A stretch of DNA of 63,701 bases from Haloarculaceae archaeon (GTDB lineage Archaea; Halobacteriota; Halobacteria; Halobacteriales; Haloarculaceae), in contig JAZKRZ010000001.1 in assembly GCA_036626395.1 (NCBI GenBank), forward strand, positions 1 through 63,701. Reading direction: 5' to 3'. Made by a program: the position numbers and the translations under genes. The notes beneath the pieces were generated by a model, which saw only the letters and a list, made by a program, of their open reading frames with translations, did not search any database and was not told where the DNA came from. Every line of letters begins with the position of its first letter. Position 1 is the stretch's first letter. Shown here piece after piece: positions 20,744-29,549 of this stretch.

Positions 20744-21133
20744 ATGAGTCCACGAGACGAACTCGCCGCCTTCGACGCGGACCTGTTTGCCGACGTCGCC
20801 GCTGAACACGGCTTCGACGCCGACCGACTCCGCGAACTGGCGCGGACACACCAGTCCAGCGTCCGCGAGCTGCCGGGCGTCGAAGACATCGTCTACGAGT
20901 GGCGCAGTCAGTTCCACTGGGACCCGCTGCTCGCCCGCACGACCGGAGCGTACTACCTCGCCCTCCCCGACCACGTCTGGGACGAGTTCGCCGAGGACAT
21001 CGGCGCCACCGACGAGGAACGCGCCGCCCTCGTCGCGTTACACGACCGACAGATCCGCCGCGACGCTCCGGACGTCGGCGCCGACACCGGCCGACTCGAC
21101 GGGTCGGAGCCCCTCGTTCTGACGCGCGAGTGA
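20744..21133 (+). CDS. Conserved-looking acidic hypothetical protein (129 aa)
   Basis: Acidic haloarchaeal composition and a clean ORF. No domain recognised. Confidence 0.6.
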   Translation: MSPRDELAAFDADLFADVAAEHGFDADRLRELARTHQSSVRELPGVEDIVYEWRSQFHWDPLLARTTGAYYLALPDHVWDEFAEDIGATDEERAALVALHDRQIRRDAPDVGADTGRLDGSEPLVLTRE

Positions 21134-21302
21134 CCCGTCGAGCGCCCCCGTTTCGACGCCGCCTTCGAGTCGATTCGGCCCCCTCGGATACAGACAAAAA
21201 TCCAACTAGTATACCTCTTATACCAACACAGGTTTTCCAAAAGAAAAATAATCTTTACCGAAGACAATCCTTATGAGGGTAGCGACCGTGTATACAGACG
21301 CA

Positions 21303-21848
21303 ATGAGCACCCAGAAGACGGTCCGACAGGAGGCGGGGACAGTCGAGGAGAACGAACTTCGACTCGACCGCGGGAAGGCGGAACAGATAGTCGACGCGCT
21401 GAACACCGACCTGGCCGCGACGTACGTGCTGTACCACCAGCTGAAGAAACACCACTGGAACGTCGAGGGTGCGGAGTTCCGCGACCTTCACCTCTTCCTG
21501 GGCGAAGCGGCAGGCAACGCAGAGGAGGCGGCCGACGAACTCGCCGAGCGACTCCAGGCTATCGGTGGCGCACCCGTCGCCGGGCCCCGGGCTATCGCCG
21601 AGACGTCGCCGGTCGAGTCCGAGGACGAGGACGTCTACGACATCCGGACGTCACTGGAGAACGACCTCGACGTCTACGGCGACATCATCGAATCGCTGCG
21701 CGAACACGTCGAACTCGCGGCGGACCTGGGCGACCACGCGACCGCCGAGATCCTCCGGGGGATCCTCGTCCAGACGGAAGAAGACGCCCACCACATCGAC
21801 CACTACCTCGAAGACGACACGCTCGTGACGGAAGCCGCACAGGAGTAG
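21303..21848 (+). CDS. dpsA: DNA-protecting protein DpsA (ferritin-like)
   Basis: Very close to Halobacterium DpsA as I recall it (YVLYHQLKKHHWNVEGAEFRDLHLFLGEAA, HHIDHYLEDDTLVT). An AT-rich promoter lies upstream. Confidence 0.9.
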   Translation: MSTQKTVRQEAGTVEENELRLDRGKAEQIVDALNTDLAATYVLYHQLKKHHWNVEGAEFRDLHLFLGEAAGNAEEAADELAERLQAIGGAPVAGPRAIAETSPVESEDEDVYDIRTSLENDLDVYGDIIESLREHVELAADLGDHATAEILRGILVQTEEDAHHIDHYLEDDTLVTEAAQE

Positions 21849-21857
21849 ACCGGATCG

Positions 21858-21868
21858 CCCTTTTCGCG
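21858..21868 (+). terminator. Possible oligo-T terminator after dpsA (CCCTTTTCGCG)
   Basis: T4 run 10 nt after the stop codon. The same 11-mer follows trxA. Confidence 0.3.
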
Positions 21869-21874
21869 CGTTCG

Positions 21875-22039
21875 TTACCGGGTCGGTTCGACCGTCGTGT
21901 CGGTCGCGATCCAGCCGTCGCCGTTCCCGGATTCGGTAAACACCGTTCGTTCCTCGGACGTGGAGTGCGCCCTGACCAGCGGCCGCTCGTCCTCAACGGT
22001 CGGCGTCCGGTCGTTGGGCGGCCCGTCCGTCGTTTCCAT
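21875..22039 (-). CDS. Small acidic protein (54 aa), hypothetical; below the ORF-track cutoff
   Basis: Hand translation gives METTDGPPNDRTPTVEDERPLVRAHSTSEERTVFTESGNGDGWIATDTTVEPTR. It has haloarchaeal composition, and a TATA-like AATAAG lies about 27 nt upstream. Confidence 0.45.
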   Translation of the reverse strand: METTDGPPNDRTPTVEDERPLVRAHSTSEERTVFTESGNGDGWIATDTTVEPTR

Positions 22040-22046
22040 ATCTCGT

Positions 22047-22062
22047 TTTAGGCGGACCTAAT
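22047..22062. promoter_or_regulatory. Palindromic motif site s1, TTTAGG-CGGA-CCTAAT
   Basis: 15/16 match to TTTAGG-N4-CCTAAA. Lies in the 78-bp divergent gap between the small ORF (22039) and the oxidoreductase (22118). Confidence 0.55.
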
Positions 22063-22117
22063 CGAATAAGAGTTCCGGTTCCCACACACTCATGCCCGCG
22101 AGTCTACTTGAGCGGAC

Positions 22118-23215
22118 ATGGACCCGCTCACCGTCGGACTCGTCGGCTGTGGCAACATCAGCGAGCGCTACCTCACGCACGACGCACACCTCGACGCGTT
22201 CGAGATCGAGGTCTGTGCCGACCTGGATGCCGAACGCGCCGAACGGACCGCCGACGAGTTCGACGTCGAGGCCCGGGGCGTCGAGGAACTGATGGACAGC
22301 GACGACGTCGAGGCGGTACTCAACCTCACGCCACCGTTCGCTCACGCCGAGGTCTGCCTTCAGGCGCTCGAGGCCGGCAAACACGTCTACACTGAAAAAC
22401 CCCTGGCGACGGAGAGAGGGGACGCGGCCGAGATAGTCGAGACGGCCGCGGAGAGAGGCCTGTTCGTCGGCGCGGCCCCCGACACGTTCCTCGGGGCCGG
22501 CCTGCAGACCGCGCGTTCGGTCATCGACGAGGGGGGGATCGGCGAACCCCTCGGCGCGACGGCCGTCTGGAGTTCCCCGGGCCACGAGCACTGGCACCCG
22601 GACCCCGACCTGTTCTACGCGGAAGGCGGCGGTCCCGGCCTCGACATGGGACCGTACTACGTAACCGCGCTCGTTGCCCTCCTCGGTCCCGCCGAGCGCG
22701 TCGCCGGAACGGTCGGCCAGCCCCACGACGAACGCGAGATCACCAGCGGCTACCGCGAGGGCGAGTCAGTCGGCGTCGAGGTGCCCACGCACGAGTCGGC
22801 GACCCTCGACTTCGGCGACGGGGTTACCGCCAACCTCCTCTTCAGTTTCGACGTCGCGGCCTCGACGTTCCCGATGCCGGCCTTCGAGATATACGGCACC
22901 GAGGGGACGCTCGCGCTTCCCGACCCCAACCACTTCGAGGGGCCCGTCCGGGTTCGCGGGCGGACGGACGACGAGTGGGAGGAGGTACCGCTGACCCACG
23001 ACTACACGACCGGCCGCGGTGGGGGGCTCGTCGACCTCGCCTACGCCGTCCGTTCGGACTGGGAACAGCGCGCGAGCGGGCGCCTCGGGCGACACGTCCT
23101 CGACATCCTGCTGGGGATCCGCTCGTCGGCCGAGGCAGGCGTCTACGACGACCTGGAGACCGAACTGGAGCGACCGGCCGCTCTCCCCCCTGCGTTTCCT
23201 GACCGGTCGGCGTAA
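22118..23215 (+). CDS. Gfo/Idh/MocA-family NAD(P)-dependent oxidoreductase
   Basis: N-terminal VGLVGCGNIS Rossmann motif and the EKP motif (YTEKPLA). Confidence 0.85.
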   Translation: MDPLTVGLVGCGNISERYLTHDAHLDAFEIEVCADLDAERAERTADEFDVEARGVEELMDSDDVEAVLNLTPPFAHAEVCLQALEAGKHVYTEKPLATERGDAAEIVETAAERGLFVGAAPDTFLGAGLQTARSVIDEGGIGEPLGATAVWSSPGHEHWHPDPDLFYAEGGGPGLDMGPYYVTALVALLGPAERVAGTVGQPHDEREITSGYREGESVGVEVPTHESATLDFGDGVTANLLFSFDVAASTFPMPAFEIYGTEGTLALPDPNHFEGPVRVRGRTDDEWEEVPLTHDYTTGRGGGLVDLAYAVRSDWEQRASGRLGRHVLDILLGIRSSAEAGVYDDLETELERPAALPPAFPDRSA

Positions 23216-23292
23216 CCCCACTCCCGAGCGCCTGCCATCCTCGACGCGACGGCAGTGGGACATTTATCCCGTCGCCGCTCGAAGGGCGGGTA

Positions 23293-24162
23293 ATGTCCGA
23301 CCGCGACTCCGGCGAGGACCTCTCGAAACTCGTCGCCGAACTCGTGCGGGCCCTGGAGGACCTGGAAAACGAACTGGACCCTCCGGAGGACCGCCCGCTT
23401 CGCCCGCCCAGACCCAGCGAGTTGCGCCTGTTCGCCAGCGACGTGGCCATCCCCGGACTGATCCTCGTCTTGGAGTCGAACATCCGGGCGCTCCGACTCC
23501 TCCAGCGCGCGCTCCGACTCTCCGAGCGGACCGAACGCACCCGCCGCGAGAGCGCCGACCTCGGACGCCGGGCCCGCGACGTCAGCGAGACCACGCTGGA
23601 GCGACTCGACGACGCGCTGGTCGACCTCCAGGACGCCGTCGAGGGGCGACCGAACGACGAGGAAGCCGCCGACCTGCTGGCCGACGCGCGCGAGCTGCGT
23701 TCCGAGGTCCAGACCCGTCTCCGCGAGTACGCGGACGACGCCGCCCAGCGCGCCCGCGGGTCGGGTGACACCGGGGCCACGGACGACGGCGCTGTCGACA
23801 TCGCCGTCGGCGACCCCGGCGCGGATGACCCGGAGGCGGTCGACGACGGGAGCGACGGGACCGACGCCGGGGACCCCGACGACCAGGAAGCGTCGGAAAC
23901 CGGCGACAACGTCGCCGACGCGGACGGAGACGTCGCGGTCGACGTCGACGCGGAGCTCGAGTCGATAAAGCGCGAACTCGACGGTGACGGAGCGGACGCC
24001 GACGAGCAGACGGGTGCGGCGGAGGACGGCGCGGCCGACGGAGATGACGGCGACTCGGAACAGACCGGGGCAGACGCCGAACCGGCCGAGAGCGACGCCG
24101 ATACCGCGGACGATGACGACGGCACCGGGTCGGACCCGCCGGCCGACGAGAACCCGACCTAA
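23293..24162 (+). CDS. Acidic coiled-coil/low-complexity hypothetical protein (289 aa)
   Basis: Structured N-terminal half, and a C-terminal half that is extremely Asp/Glu/Ala/Gly rich. Confidence 0.6.
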   Translation: MSDRDSGEDLSKLVAELVRALEDLENELDPPEDRPLRPPRPSELRLFASDVAIPGLILVLESNIRALRLLQRALRLSERTERTRRESADLGRRARDVSETTLERLDDALVDLQDAVEGRPNDEEAADLLADARELRSEVQTRLREYADDAAQRARGSGDTGATDDGAVDIAVGDPGADDPEAVDDGSDGTDAGDPDDQEASETGDNVADADGDVAVDVDAELESIKRELDGDGADADEQTGAAEDGAADGDDGDSEQTGADAEPAESDADTADDDDGTGSDPPADENPT

Positions 24163-24220
24163 AAAGTAAAAAATTATTCATAATGATTTATTATCCCACA
24201 CCGCATTGGGGGTAACACGC

Positions 24221-24715
24221 ATGTCCCAGACAACCTGCGGGACGCGTGCACGGCTCCACGTCAGGAAAACGCTGCCGACACCGGTTCGCGGCCGTCGCGA
24301 ACGGGTCACGGACCGGCTCTCGGCGCTCGTAGCCGACGGTTCCCTCGCGGAGTTCGACGTCGTCCCCTGGGACAAACGGATCCCGTGTGACGGGTCGGGC
24401 GACCCGGAGACGAGGGACGCCTACCTGGCGTTTTCCGGGTGGGCCGACAGCGAGGACGTCAGCCTGTCCCCGTTCTTCGAGACGCGGGAGTGTTACTCCT
24501 GGGAGACCGGCGAGCGCGGAACGTGGGTCGTCCTGCCGGCGCTCTGCTTGTCGGTCTACGAGGGCGACGACCTCGCCGCGGTCTACCCGCACAGGGACGG
24601 CGACTCCTACGAGTCGGTCTGGACGGGCATCGAGTCGCTGGACGACGGGGAAAACCGGAACGACCGGGACCACGCCGCCGACCGCGACACGGTCGTGGTC
24701 GGACCGACACGCTGA
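24221..24715 (+). CDS. Conserved-looking hypothetical protein
   Basis: ATG at 24221 lies about 30 nt after an AT-rich TATA region (24165-24195). The stop TGA at 24713-15 abuts MITE B2. Confidence 0.6.
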   Translation: MSQTTCGTRARLHVRKTLPTPVRGRRERVTDRLSALVADGSLAEFDVVPWDKRIPCDGSGDPETRDAYLAFSGWADSEDVSLSPFFETRECYSWETGERGTWVVLPALCLSVYEGDDLAAVYPHRDGDSYESVWTGIESLDDGENRNDRDHAADRDTVVVGPTR

Positions 24716-24824
24716 TACGGACCGTTGTACCCATTTTCGGCGATGCCGCCGACGTATGGGCGAGTTACGGTCCGATGCGTTCACTGTGGTTCGCGACGGT
24801 GGTAACGAATTACAACGGTCCGTA
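24716..24824 (-). mobile_element. MITE-like element, family B, copy B2 (109 bp, inverted relative to B1)
   Basis: Same inverted repeats. Flanked by direct TGA (24713-15 and 24825-27). The left TGA is the stop codon of the upstream ORF. Confidence 0.85.
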
Positions 24825-24852
24825 TGAGTCACTCTCGGAACGAAATCGGAAC

Positions 24853-25233
24853 TCAGACCGGGTCGAACCGGTAGCCGTCCCAGTCGGTGCTCTCGGGGGT
24901 TTTCAGTCCAACGTCCGGGTCGCGCAGTTCCTCGACGTAGACCGGTTCGACGCCGTCGCCGGTCTCGACTCCGTCGGTCGTGACCTGTCCGATGGCCCGG
25001 ACGTGTTCGTCCCCCTCGACGGCGTCACTGACGTCGAACTCGACGATCGCGAGCGTGTTCGGTTCGCGAACACCCGGCGGCGTCGCCGTGCTCGTCGTCC
25101 AGGTGACGACCTCGCCGGTCCGCTCGCTCAGGTCCACCGTCGCCGACTGTTCCTCGCCACACTCCGGACACAGCGCGTGTCCGGGGTAACTCGCGTGCCC
25201 GTTCGGACAGACGTGGGCGTCGAAAGACGTCAT
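24853..25233 (-). CDS. Zn-ribbon/OB-fold protein (DUF35), thiolase partner
   Basis: C-x4-H...C-x2-C zinc ribbon (CPNGHASYPGHALCPEC) followed by an OB fold. 4-nt overlap with the thiolase gene. Confidence 0.8.
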   Translation of the reverse strand: MTSFDAHVCPNGHASYPGHALCPECGEEQSATVDLSERTGEVVTWTTSTATPPGVREPNTLAIVEFDVSDAVEGDEHVRAIGQVTTDGVETGDGVEPVYVEELRDPDVGLKTPESTDWDGYRFDPV

Positions 25234-26378
25234 CGTGCCTCCATGACGGTGGTGATGACGCAATTGCCGAACCCGCCGACGTTACACGCCAGGGCCGTGT
25301 CGGCCTCGACCTGTCGCGGGCCGGCCTCGCCGACGAGCTGTTTGTATATCTCGTACCCCTGCGCGACGCCACTCGCACCGAGCGGGTGCCCCTTCGATTT
25401 CAGCCCGCCCGAGGTGTTGACCGGCAGTTCGCCGTCCTTCTCGGTGCGGCCGTCCTCGACCTGTTTCCACGCTTCGCCCTGCTCGGCGAAGCCACAGCCC
25501 TCCATCTGCAGGAACTCGAGGATGGTGAACATGTCGTGGAGTTCGGCCACGTCGACGTCCCCGGGGCCGATACCGGCCATCTCGTAGGCCCCGCGGCTCG
25601 ACTCGACGACGCCCCCCATGACGGTGGGGTCGTCGCGCTCGTGGACGACGTGGGTGTCCGTCGCCCCGTCGATGCCCGTGATGACCGCGTAGTCGTCCGT
25701 GATCTCCCGGGCGCGCTCCTCCGTCGTGAACACCAGTCCCGCGCTCCCGTCCGTGATGGGACAGAAGTCATAGAGCCGCAGCGGATCGGCGACCATCGGG
25801 CTCTCCAGGGCAGTGTCGACGTCGATCTCCTTCCGGAACTGCGCGTGGGGGTTGTCGACGCCGTTACGGTGGTTCTTGACGGCGACTTTCGCGAGTGAAT
25901 CGCGGGGCGCGTCGAAGCGTTCGAGGTAGTGACGTGCGGTCAGTCCCGCGAAGGAGGGGAGCGTGAGGCCGTGTTTGTACTCGACGGGGTGGGTGATCGA
26001 GGCGATGACGTCCGTCGCCTCGGCGGTCGTCTTGTGCGTCATCTTCTCGCCGCCGACGAGCAGCGTCAGGTCGCTGGCACCCGAGGCGACCGACTGCCAG
26101 GCCTCGTAGATGCCCGCGCCGCCCGACGAGGAGGTCTGGTCGACCCGCTCGCTGTAGGCCGGGATGACGCCCAGGTCGTGGGCGAGCGCGTTCATCACCC
26201 CGGTCTGGCCCTGGAACTCGCCGCTGGCCATGTTCGAGACGTAGAGGTGCTCGACGTCGTCGGGTTCGATGCCCGCGTCGTCGAGCGCCGCCACGCCCGC
26301 CTCGGCCAGGAGCTCCTGTATCCAGGCGTCGCGGCGCCCGAACTGCGTCATCGAGGCACCGATCACTGCGACTGTCAT
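25230..26378 (-). CDS. Thiolase (archaeal acetyl-CoA acetyltransferase type)
   Basis: MTVAVIGASMTQFG start; thiolase motifs (CPITDGSAG, NTSGGLKSKGHPLGASG). Trimmed from the 432-aa track ORF. Confidence 0.85.
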   Translation of the reverse strand: MTVAVIGASMTQFGRRDAWIQELLAEAGVAALDDAGIEPDDVEHLYVSNMASGEFQGQTGVMNALAHDLGVIPAYSERVDQTSSSGGAGIYEAWQSVASGASDLTLLVGGEKMTHKTTAEATDVIASITHPVEYKHGLTLPSFAGLTARHYLERFDAPRDSLAKVAVKNHRNGVDNPHAQFRKEIDVDTALESPMVADPLRLYDFCPITDGSAGLVFTTEERAREITDDYAVITGIDGATDTHVVHERDDPTVMGGVVESSRGAYEMAGIGPGDVDVAELHDMFTILEFLQMEGCGFAEQGEAWKQVEDGRTEKDGELPVNTSGGLKSKGHPLGASGVAQGYEIYKQLVGEAGPRQVEADTALACNVGGFGNCVITTVMEAR

Positions 26379-26482
26379 GCCCGGAGCCTCGGAGGGCTCT
26401 GTTGTGGGTGTTACGGTCCCGCGAGTCCCGCTCCGAGCACACCTGCCGTCGTCGCGATGAACGTGCGTCGGTCCATACCTGG

Positions 26483-26498
26483 TTTTGGCTGGCCTAAA
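26483..26498. promoter_or_regulatory. Palindromic motif site s2, TTTTGG-CTGG-CCTAAA
   Basis: 15/16 match, 105 nt upstream of the thiolase ATG. Confidence 0.45.
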
Positions 26499-26517
26499 AG
26501 ATTCAAACCGTCCTATC

Positions 26518-26533
26518 TTCAGGTACACCTAAA
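26518..26533. promoter_or_regulatory. Palindromic motif site s3, TTCAGG-TACA-CCTAAA
   Basis: 15/16 match, centred 35 bp from s2. Confidence 0.45.
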
Positions 26534-26591
26534 TCAATGGGGGTCCGTGGCAGGCGCCGCGGGAGTCATCGGCGATAGAGACGGTGACGGG

Positions 26592-26942
26592 TCAGTAGAA
26601 CGACCGGGCGGCGGCCTTCCACTCCTCGCCGCGCTCGACGTCGTCGGGCCAGTGGCGCTTGCCGACCGATTTCATGCGGGCCGCCAGCGTCCACTCGTCG
26701 GCGCGGTCGGGCTTTCGCTGCCGTTCGCTCGCGGCCGCCGCGGCCGCCCGGACCCTGTCTGTCAGGTGGGCCCCGACCGCCGTGGCGATGGCCGCGGCCT
26801 CCTCGCTGTCGGCGTCGGCCGGCAGCGTCGTCGAGACCGTCTGACCGTCGACGGTCACGACCACTGTTTCGCCGTCCGGCGCATCTGCTCGTCGACCCCC
26901 GCCTTCGTTCGCCGTCTCCTCGCTCAGTTCGATGTCCATCAC
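26592..26942 (-). CDS. pccX: Small acc-operon protein (PccX-like subunit of propionyl-CoA carboxylase)
   Basis: Small protein immediately downstream of, and overlapping, the carboxyltransferase gene. This arrangement is described for Haloferax pccB-pccX. Confidence 0.6.
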   Translation of the reverse strand: MMDIELSEETANEGGGRRADAPDGETVVVTVDGQTVSTTLPADADSEEAAAIATAVGAHLTDRVRAAAAAASERQRKPDRADEWTLAARMKSVGKRHWPDDVERGEEWKAAARSFY

Positions 26943-28540
26943 AGGGGGATGTTGCCGTGGTCTTTCGGCGGGCTGTCCTCGCGTTTCCCCGCCAGCATCT
27001 CGAGGTCCCGGACCAGGCGCTTGCGGGTGTCCTTCGGTTCGATGACGTCGTCGAGATACCCGCGCCTCGCCGGGCCGTAGGGGTGGGCGAACTCCTCACG
27101 GAACTCGTCCATGAGTTCCTGTCGGCGGGCGTCGGTGTCCTCGGCCTGCTGGAGTTCCTTCCGGTAGAGGATGTTCACGGCCCCCCGCGGACCCAGCACC
27201 GCCATCTCCGAGCCCGGCCAGGCGTAGTTGACGTCCGAACCGAGGAACTTCGAGGACATGACGATGTACGCGCCGCCGTAGGCCTTGCGGACGACGACCG
27301 AGAGGAGGGGCACCGTCGCCTCGGCGTAGGCGTAGATGAGCTTCGCGCCGCGACGGATGATCCCGTTGTGTTCCTGCTCGGTGCCGGGCATAAACCCCGG
27401 GACGTCGACGAGCGTGAGGATCGGGACGTTGAATGAGTCACAGAAGCGAACGAACCGCGCGGCCTTCTCGGAGGCGTCGATGTCCAGCGTGCCCGCGCTC
27501 ACGCGGGGCTGGTTGGCGACGATGCCGACGACGCGCCCGTCCATGCGGGCGAAGCCGACGACGACGTTGCGCGCCCAGTTGCCGTGGGTCTCGAAAAACG
27601 AGTCCTCGTCGACCAGCCGGTCGATGACAGCCGTCATGTCGTAGGGCTTTCGCGGCGCTTCCGGGACGATCTCCGTTACGTCGGTCAACTCCCTGTCGGG
27701 GTCGTCCCACGAGGGTACCCGCGGCGGGTCCGCGAGATTGTTCGCGGGGAGATACGAGAGCAGTCGCCGGATGCGGTCGAGGGCCGCTTCCTCGCTCCGG
27801 CAGGCGAAGTGGGCGACGCCCGATTTCGAGGAGTGGGAACCGGCACCGCCGAGTTGCTCCTTGGAGACCTGCTCGCCGGTGACCGTCTCGATGACGTCCG
27901 GGCCGGTGATGAACATGTGCGACGTGTCCTCGACCATGAACGTGAAGTCGGTCAGTGCCGGCGAGTACGTCGCACCGCCGGCACACGGCCCCATGATCGC
28001 CGAGACCTGGGGGACGAGTCCGGAGGCCTTCGTGTTGCGCTCGAAGATCCGCGCGAACCCGGCGAGCGAGTCGACGCCCTCCTGGATGCGCGCGCCGCCC
28101 GAGTCGTTGATGCCGACGACGGGGACGCCGTTGTCGATGGCGCGGTCCATGACCTTGCAGACCTTGTCGGCGACGGCCTCCCCCACTGAACCGCCGAGCA
28201 CGGTGAAATCGTGAGCGAAGACGAATATCTTGCGGCCGTCGACCTCCCCGTAGCCGGTGACGACGGCGTCGCCGGGGAACTCCTTGTCGGCCATCCCGAA
28301 GTTCGTCGAGCGGTGCTCGACGAACGGGTCGACCTCCACGAAGGTGTCCTCGTCCAGCAGGTACTCGATGCGCTCGTGGGCGGTCATCTTCCCCTGGTCG
28401 TGCTGGCGCTCGATGCGGTCCTCGCCGCCGCCGCGACGGGACGCCCGGCGGCGCCGCCGGAGTTCCCCCAGCGGTGATTCCCCGTCCCGCCCGCTGGACC
28501 GACCCGCCGGATCGGCGTCTTCGGTACCCTCCTGGCTCAT
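26939..28540 (-). CDS. pccB: Acyl-CoA (propionyl-CoA) carboxylase carboxyltransferase subunit
   Basis: Typical carboxyltransferase sequence ([32 protein letters not shown]). ATG at 28538-40 chosen, 1 nt after the fabG stop. Confidence 0.85.
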   Translation of the reverse strand: MSQEGTEDADPAGRSSGRDGESPLGELRRRRRASRRGGGEDRIERQHDQGKMTAHERIEYLLDEDTFVEVDPFVEHRSTNFGMADKEFPGDAVVTGYGEVDGRKIFVFAHDFTVLGGSVGEAVADKVCKVMDRAIDNGVPVVGINDSGGARIQEGVDSLAGFARIFERNTKASGLVPQVSAIMGPCAGGATYSPALTDFTFMVEDTSHMFITGPDVIETVTGEQVSKEQLGGAGSHSSKSGVAHFACRSEEAALDRIRRLLSYLPANNLADPPRVPSWDDPDRELTDVTEIVPEAPRKPYDMTAVIDRLVDEDSFFETHGNWARNVVVGFARMDGRVVGIVANQPRVSAGTLDIDASEKAARFVRFCDSFNVPILTLVDVPGFMPGTEQEHNGIIRRGAKLIYAYAEATVPLLSVVVRKAYGGAYIVMSSKFLGSDVNYAWPGSEMAVLGPRGAVNILYRKELQQAEDTDARRQELMDEFREEFAHPYGPARRGYLDDVIEPKDTRKRLVRDLEMLAGKREDSPPKDHGNIPL

Positions 28541-28541
28541 C

Positions 28542-29309
28542 CTACCACTCCATGCCGCCGTTGACACCGAGCACCTGGCCGGTCATGTACGCCGACTCCT
28601 CGCTGGCGACGAACGAGACGATCCCGCAGATGTCCTGGACCGTCGCGAACCTGTCCAGGGGGATGTCCCGCAGTATCTTCTCCTGGACGCGCTGGGGCAC
28701 CTCCTCCAGCATGTCGGTCTGGACGAACCCCGGCGCGATGCAGTTGGCCGTCGACCCCGTCGAGGCCATCTCCAGGGCGAGCGTCCGGGTGAACCCGAAC
28801 AGGCCGGATTTCGTCGTCGCGTAGTTGGCCTGGCCGTAGTTGCCCTGCTGGCCGACGACCGACGAGATGTTTATCAGGCGCCCGTGTTCGCTCTCGCTGA
28901 TGTCGTCGAAGAACGCTTTCGTGCAGTTGAACACGCCCCCCAGGTTGACCTCCATGACGCGGTTCCAGTCCTCGCGGGTCATGTTCTCGAACTTCTTGTC
29001 GACCGTGATGCCCGCGTTGTTGACGAGGACGTCGATCGACCCGACGTCGTCGTGGACTTTCTCGCGCATGGCCTCGACCTGGGCGAGGTCCGAGACGTCC
29101 GCCTGTGCCACCATCGCCGTTCCGCCGTCCTCGCGGATCCCCTCGACGACGGCCTCGGCCTCGGCGGCCGAGGACCGGTAGTTGACCACGACCGTCGCGC
29201 CCCGTTCGGCGAGGTCCCTCGCGATCCCGCGACCGATCCCGCGGGAACTCCCGGTCACCAGGCAGGTCCGCCCGTCCAGTCTCACGGGCGCGTCACCTCC
29301 AGTACGCAT
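28542..29309 (-). CDS. fabG: 3-oxoacyl-ACP / acetoacetyl-CoA reductase (SDR; FabG/PhaB-like)
   Basis: TGSSRGIG, NNAG and YATTK motifs. Trimmed to the ATG at 29307-09. Confidence 0.85.
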   Translation of the reverse strand: MRTGGDAPVRLDGRTCLVTGSSRGIGRGIARDLAERGATVVVNYRSSAAEAEAVVEGIREDGGTAMVAQADVSDLAQVEAMREKVHDDVGSIDVLVNNAGITVDKKFENMTREDWNRVMEVNLGGVFNCTKAFFDDISESEHGRLINISSVVGQQGNYGQANYATTKSGLFGFTRTLALEMASTGSTANCIAPGFVQTDMLEEVPQRVQEKILRDIPLDRFATVQDICGIVSFVASEESAYMTGQVLGVNGGMEW

Positions 29310-29486
29310 CGATCGTTCATCGTGTACCCCTATTCGCCAGTGGAAGCGGGTTAAGCGTTCCCCTTGGACAGGTGTCAGGTACCCCGTCACTGACCCTCAT
29401 TGTTCCTACGTGGGCAACCACCCGGCGCGTGCTTGCCGGACCACACCGCCCGTCGTCGCCGTCGCATCGAACCGTCGTTCCCCTTC

Positions 29487-29502
29487 TTTAGGGGAGCCTA
29501 AA
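29487..29502. promoter_or_regulatory. Palindromic motif site s4, TTTAGG-GGAG-CCTAAA (perfect)
   Basis: Perfect 6+6 inverted repeat with a 4-nt spacer, in the divergent gap between fabG and the GT75-like gene. Confidence 0.6.
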
Positions 29503-29512
29503 CGGAAGCTTC

Positions 29513-29528
29513 TTTAGGGATACCTAAA
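29513..29528. promoter_or_regulatory. Palindromic motif site s5, TTTAGG-GATA-CCTAAA (perfect), overlapping the probable TATA box of the GT75-like gene
   Basis: Perfect palindrome centred 26 bp from s4. The CCTAAAAA half ends 22 nt before ATG 29550, the position of a TATA box for a leaderless transcript. Confidence 0.6.
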
Positions 29529-29549
29529 AACAGGGCAGGTAGCCAGGAC

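Noticed and set aside
21130-21302. AT-rich region upstream of dpsA with the small inverted repeat GTATA-CCTCT-TATAC (21209-21223), considered as a possible metal-regulator operator.
   Set aside because: The repeat has only 5-bp arms in AT-rich promoter DNA, so it cannot be distinguished from chance without comparative data. The region is most simply the dpsA promoter, with a TATA-like TTATGA about 30 nt before the ATG.
23760-24150. Apparent repetitiveness at the 3' end of gene 23293..24162, considered as a possible tandem DNA repeat.
   Set aside because: It is low-complexity acidic coding sequence (Asp/Gly/Ala/Glu codons) without a fixed repeat unit. It is not a tandem repeat or a CRISPR array.
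24191-24832. ORFs that run through the MITE copies, for example 24191..24832(-), 53147..53407(-), 54086..54340(-), 57721..58062(-) and 58738..59298(-). They share peptide strings such as ...HRCTHFRRCRRRMGELR...
   Set aside because: The shared peptides are just translations of the repeated DNA. The ORFs differ outside the repeat and have non-halophilic composition.
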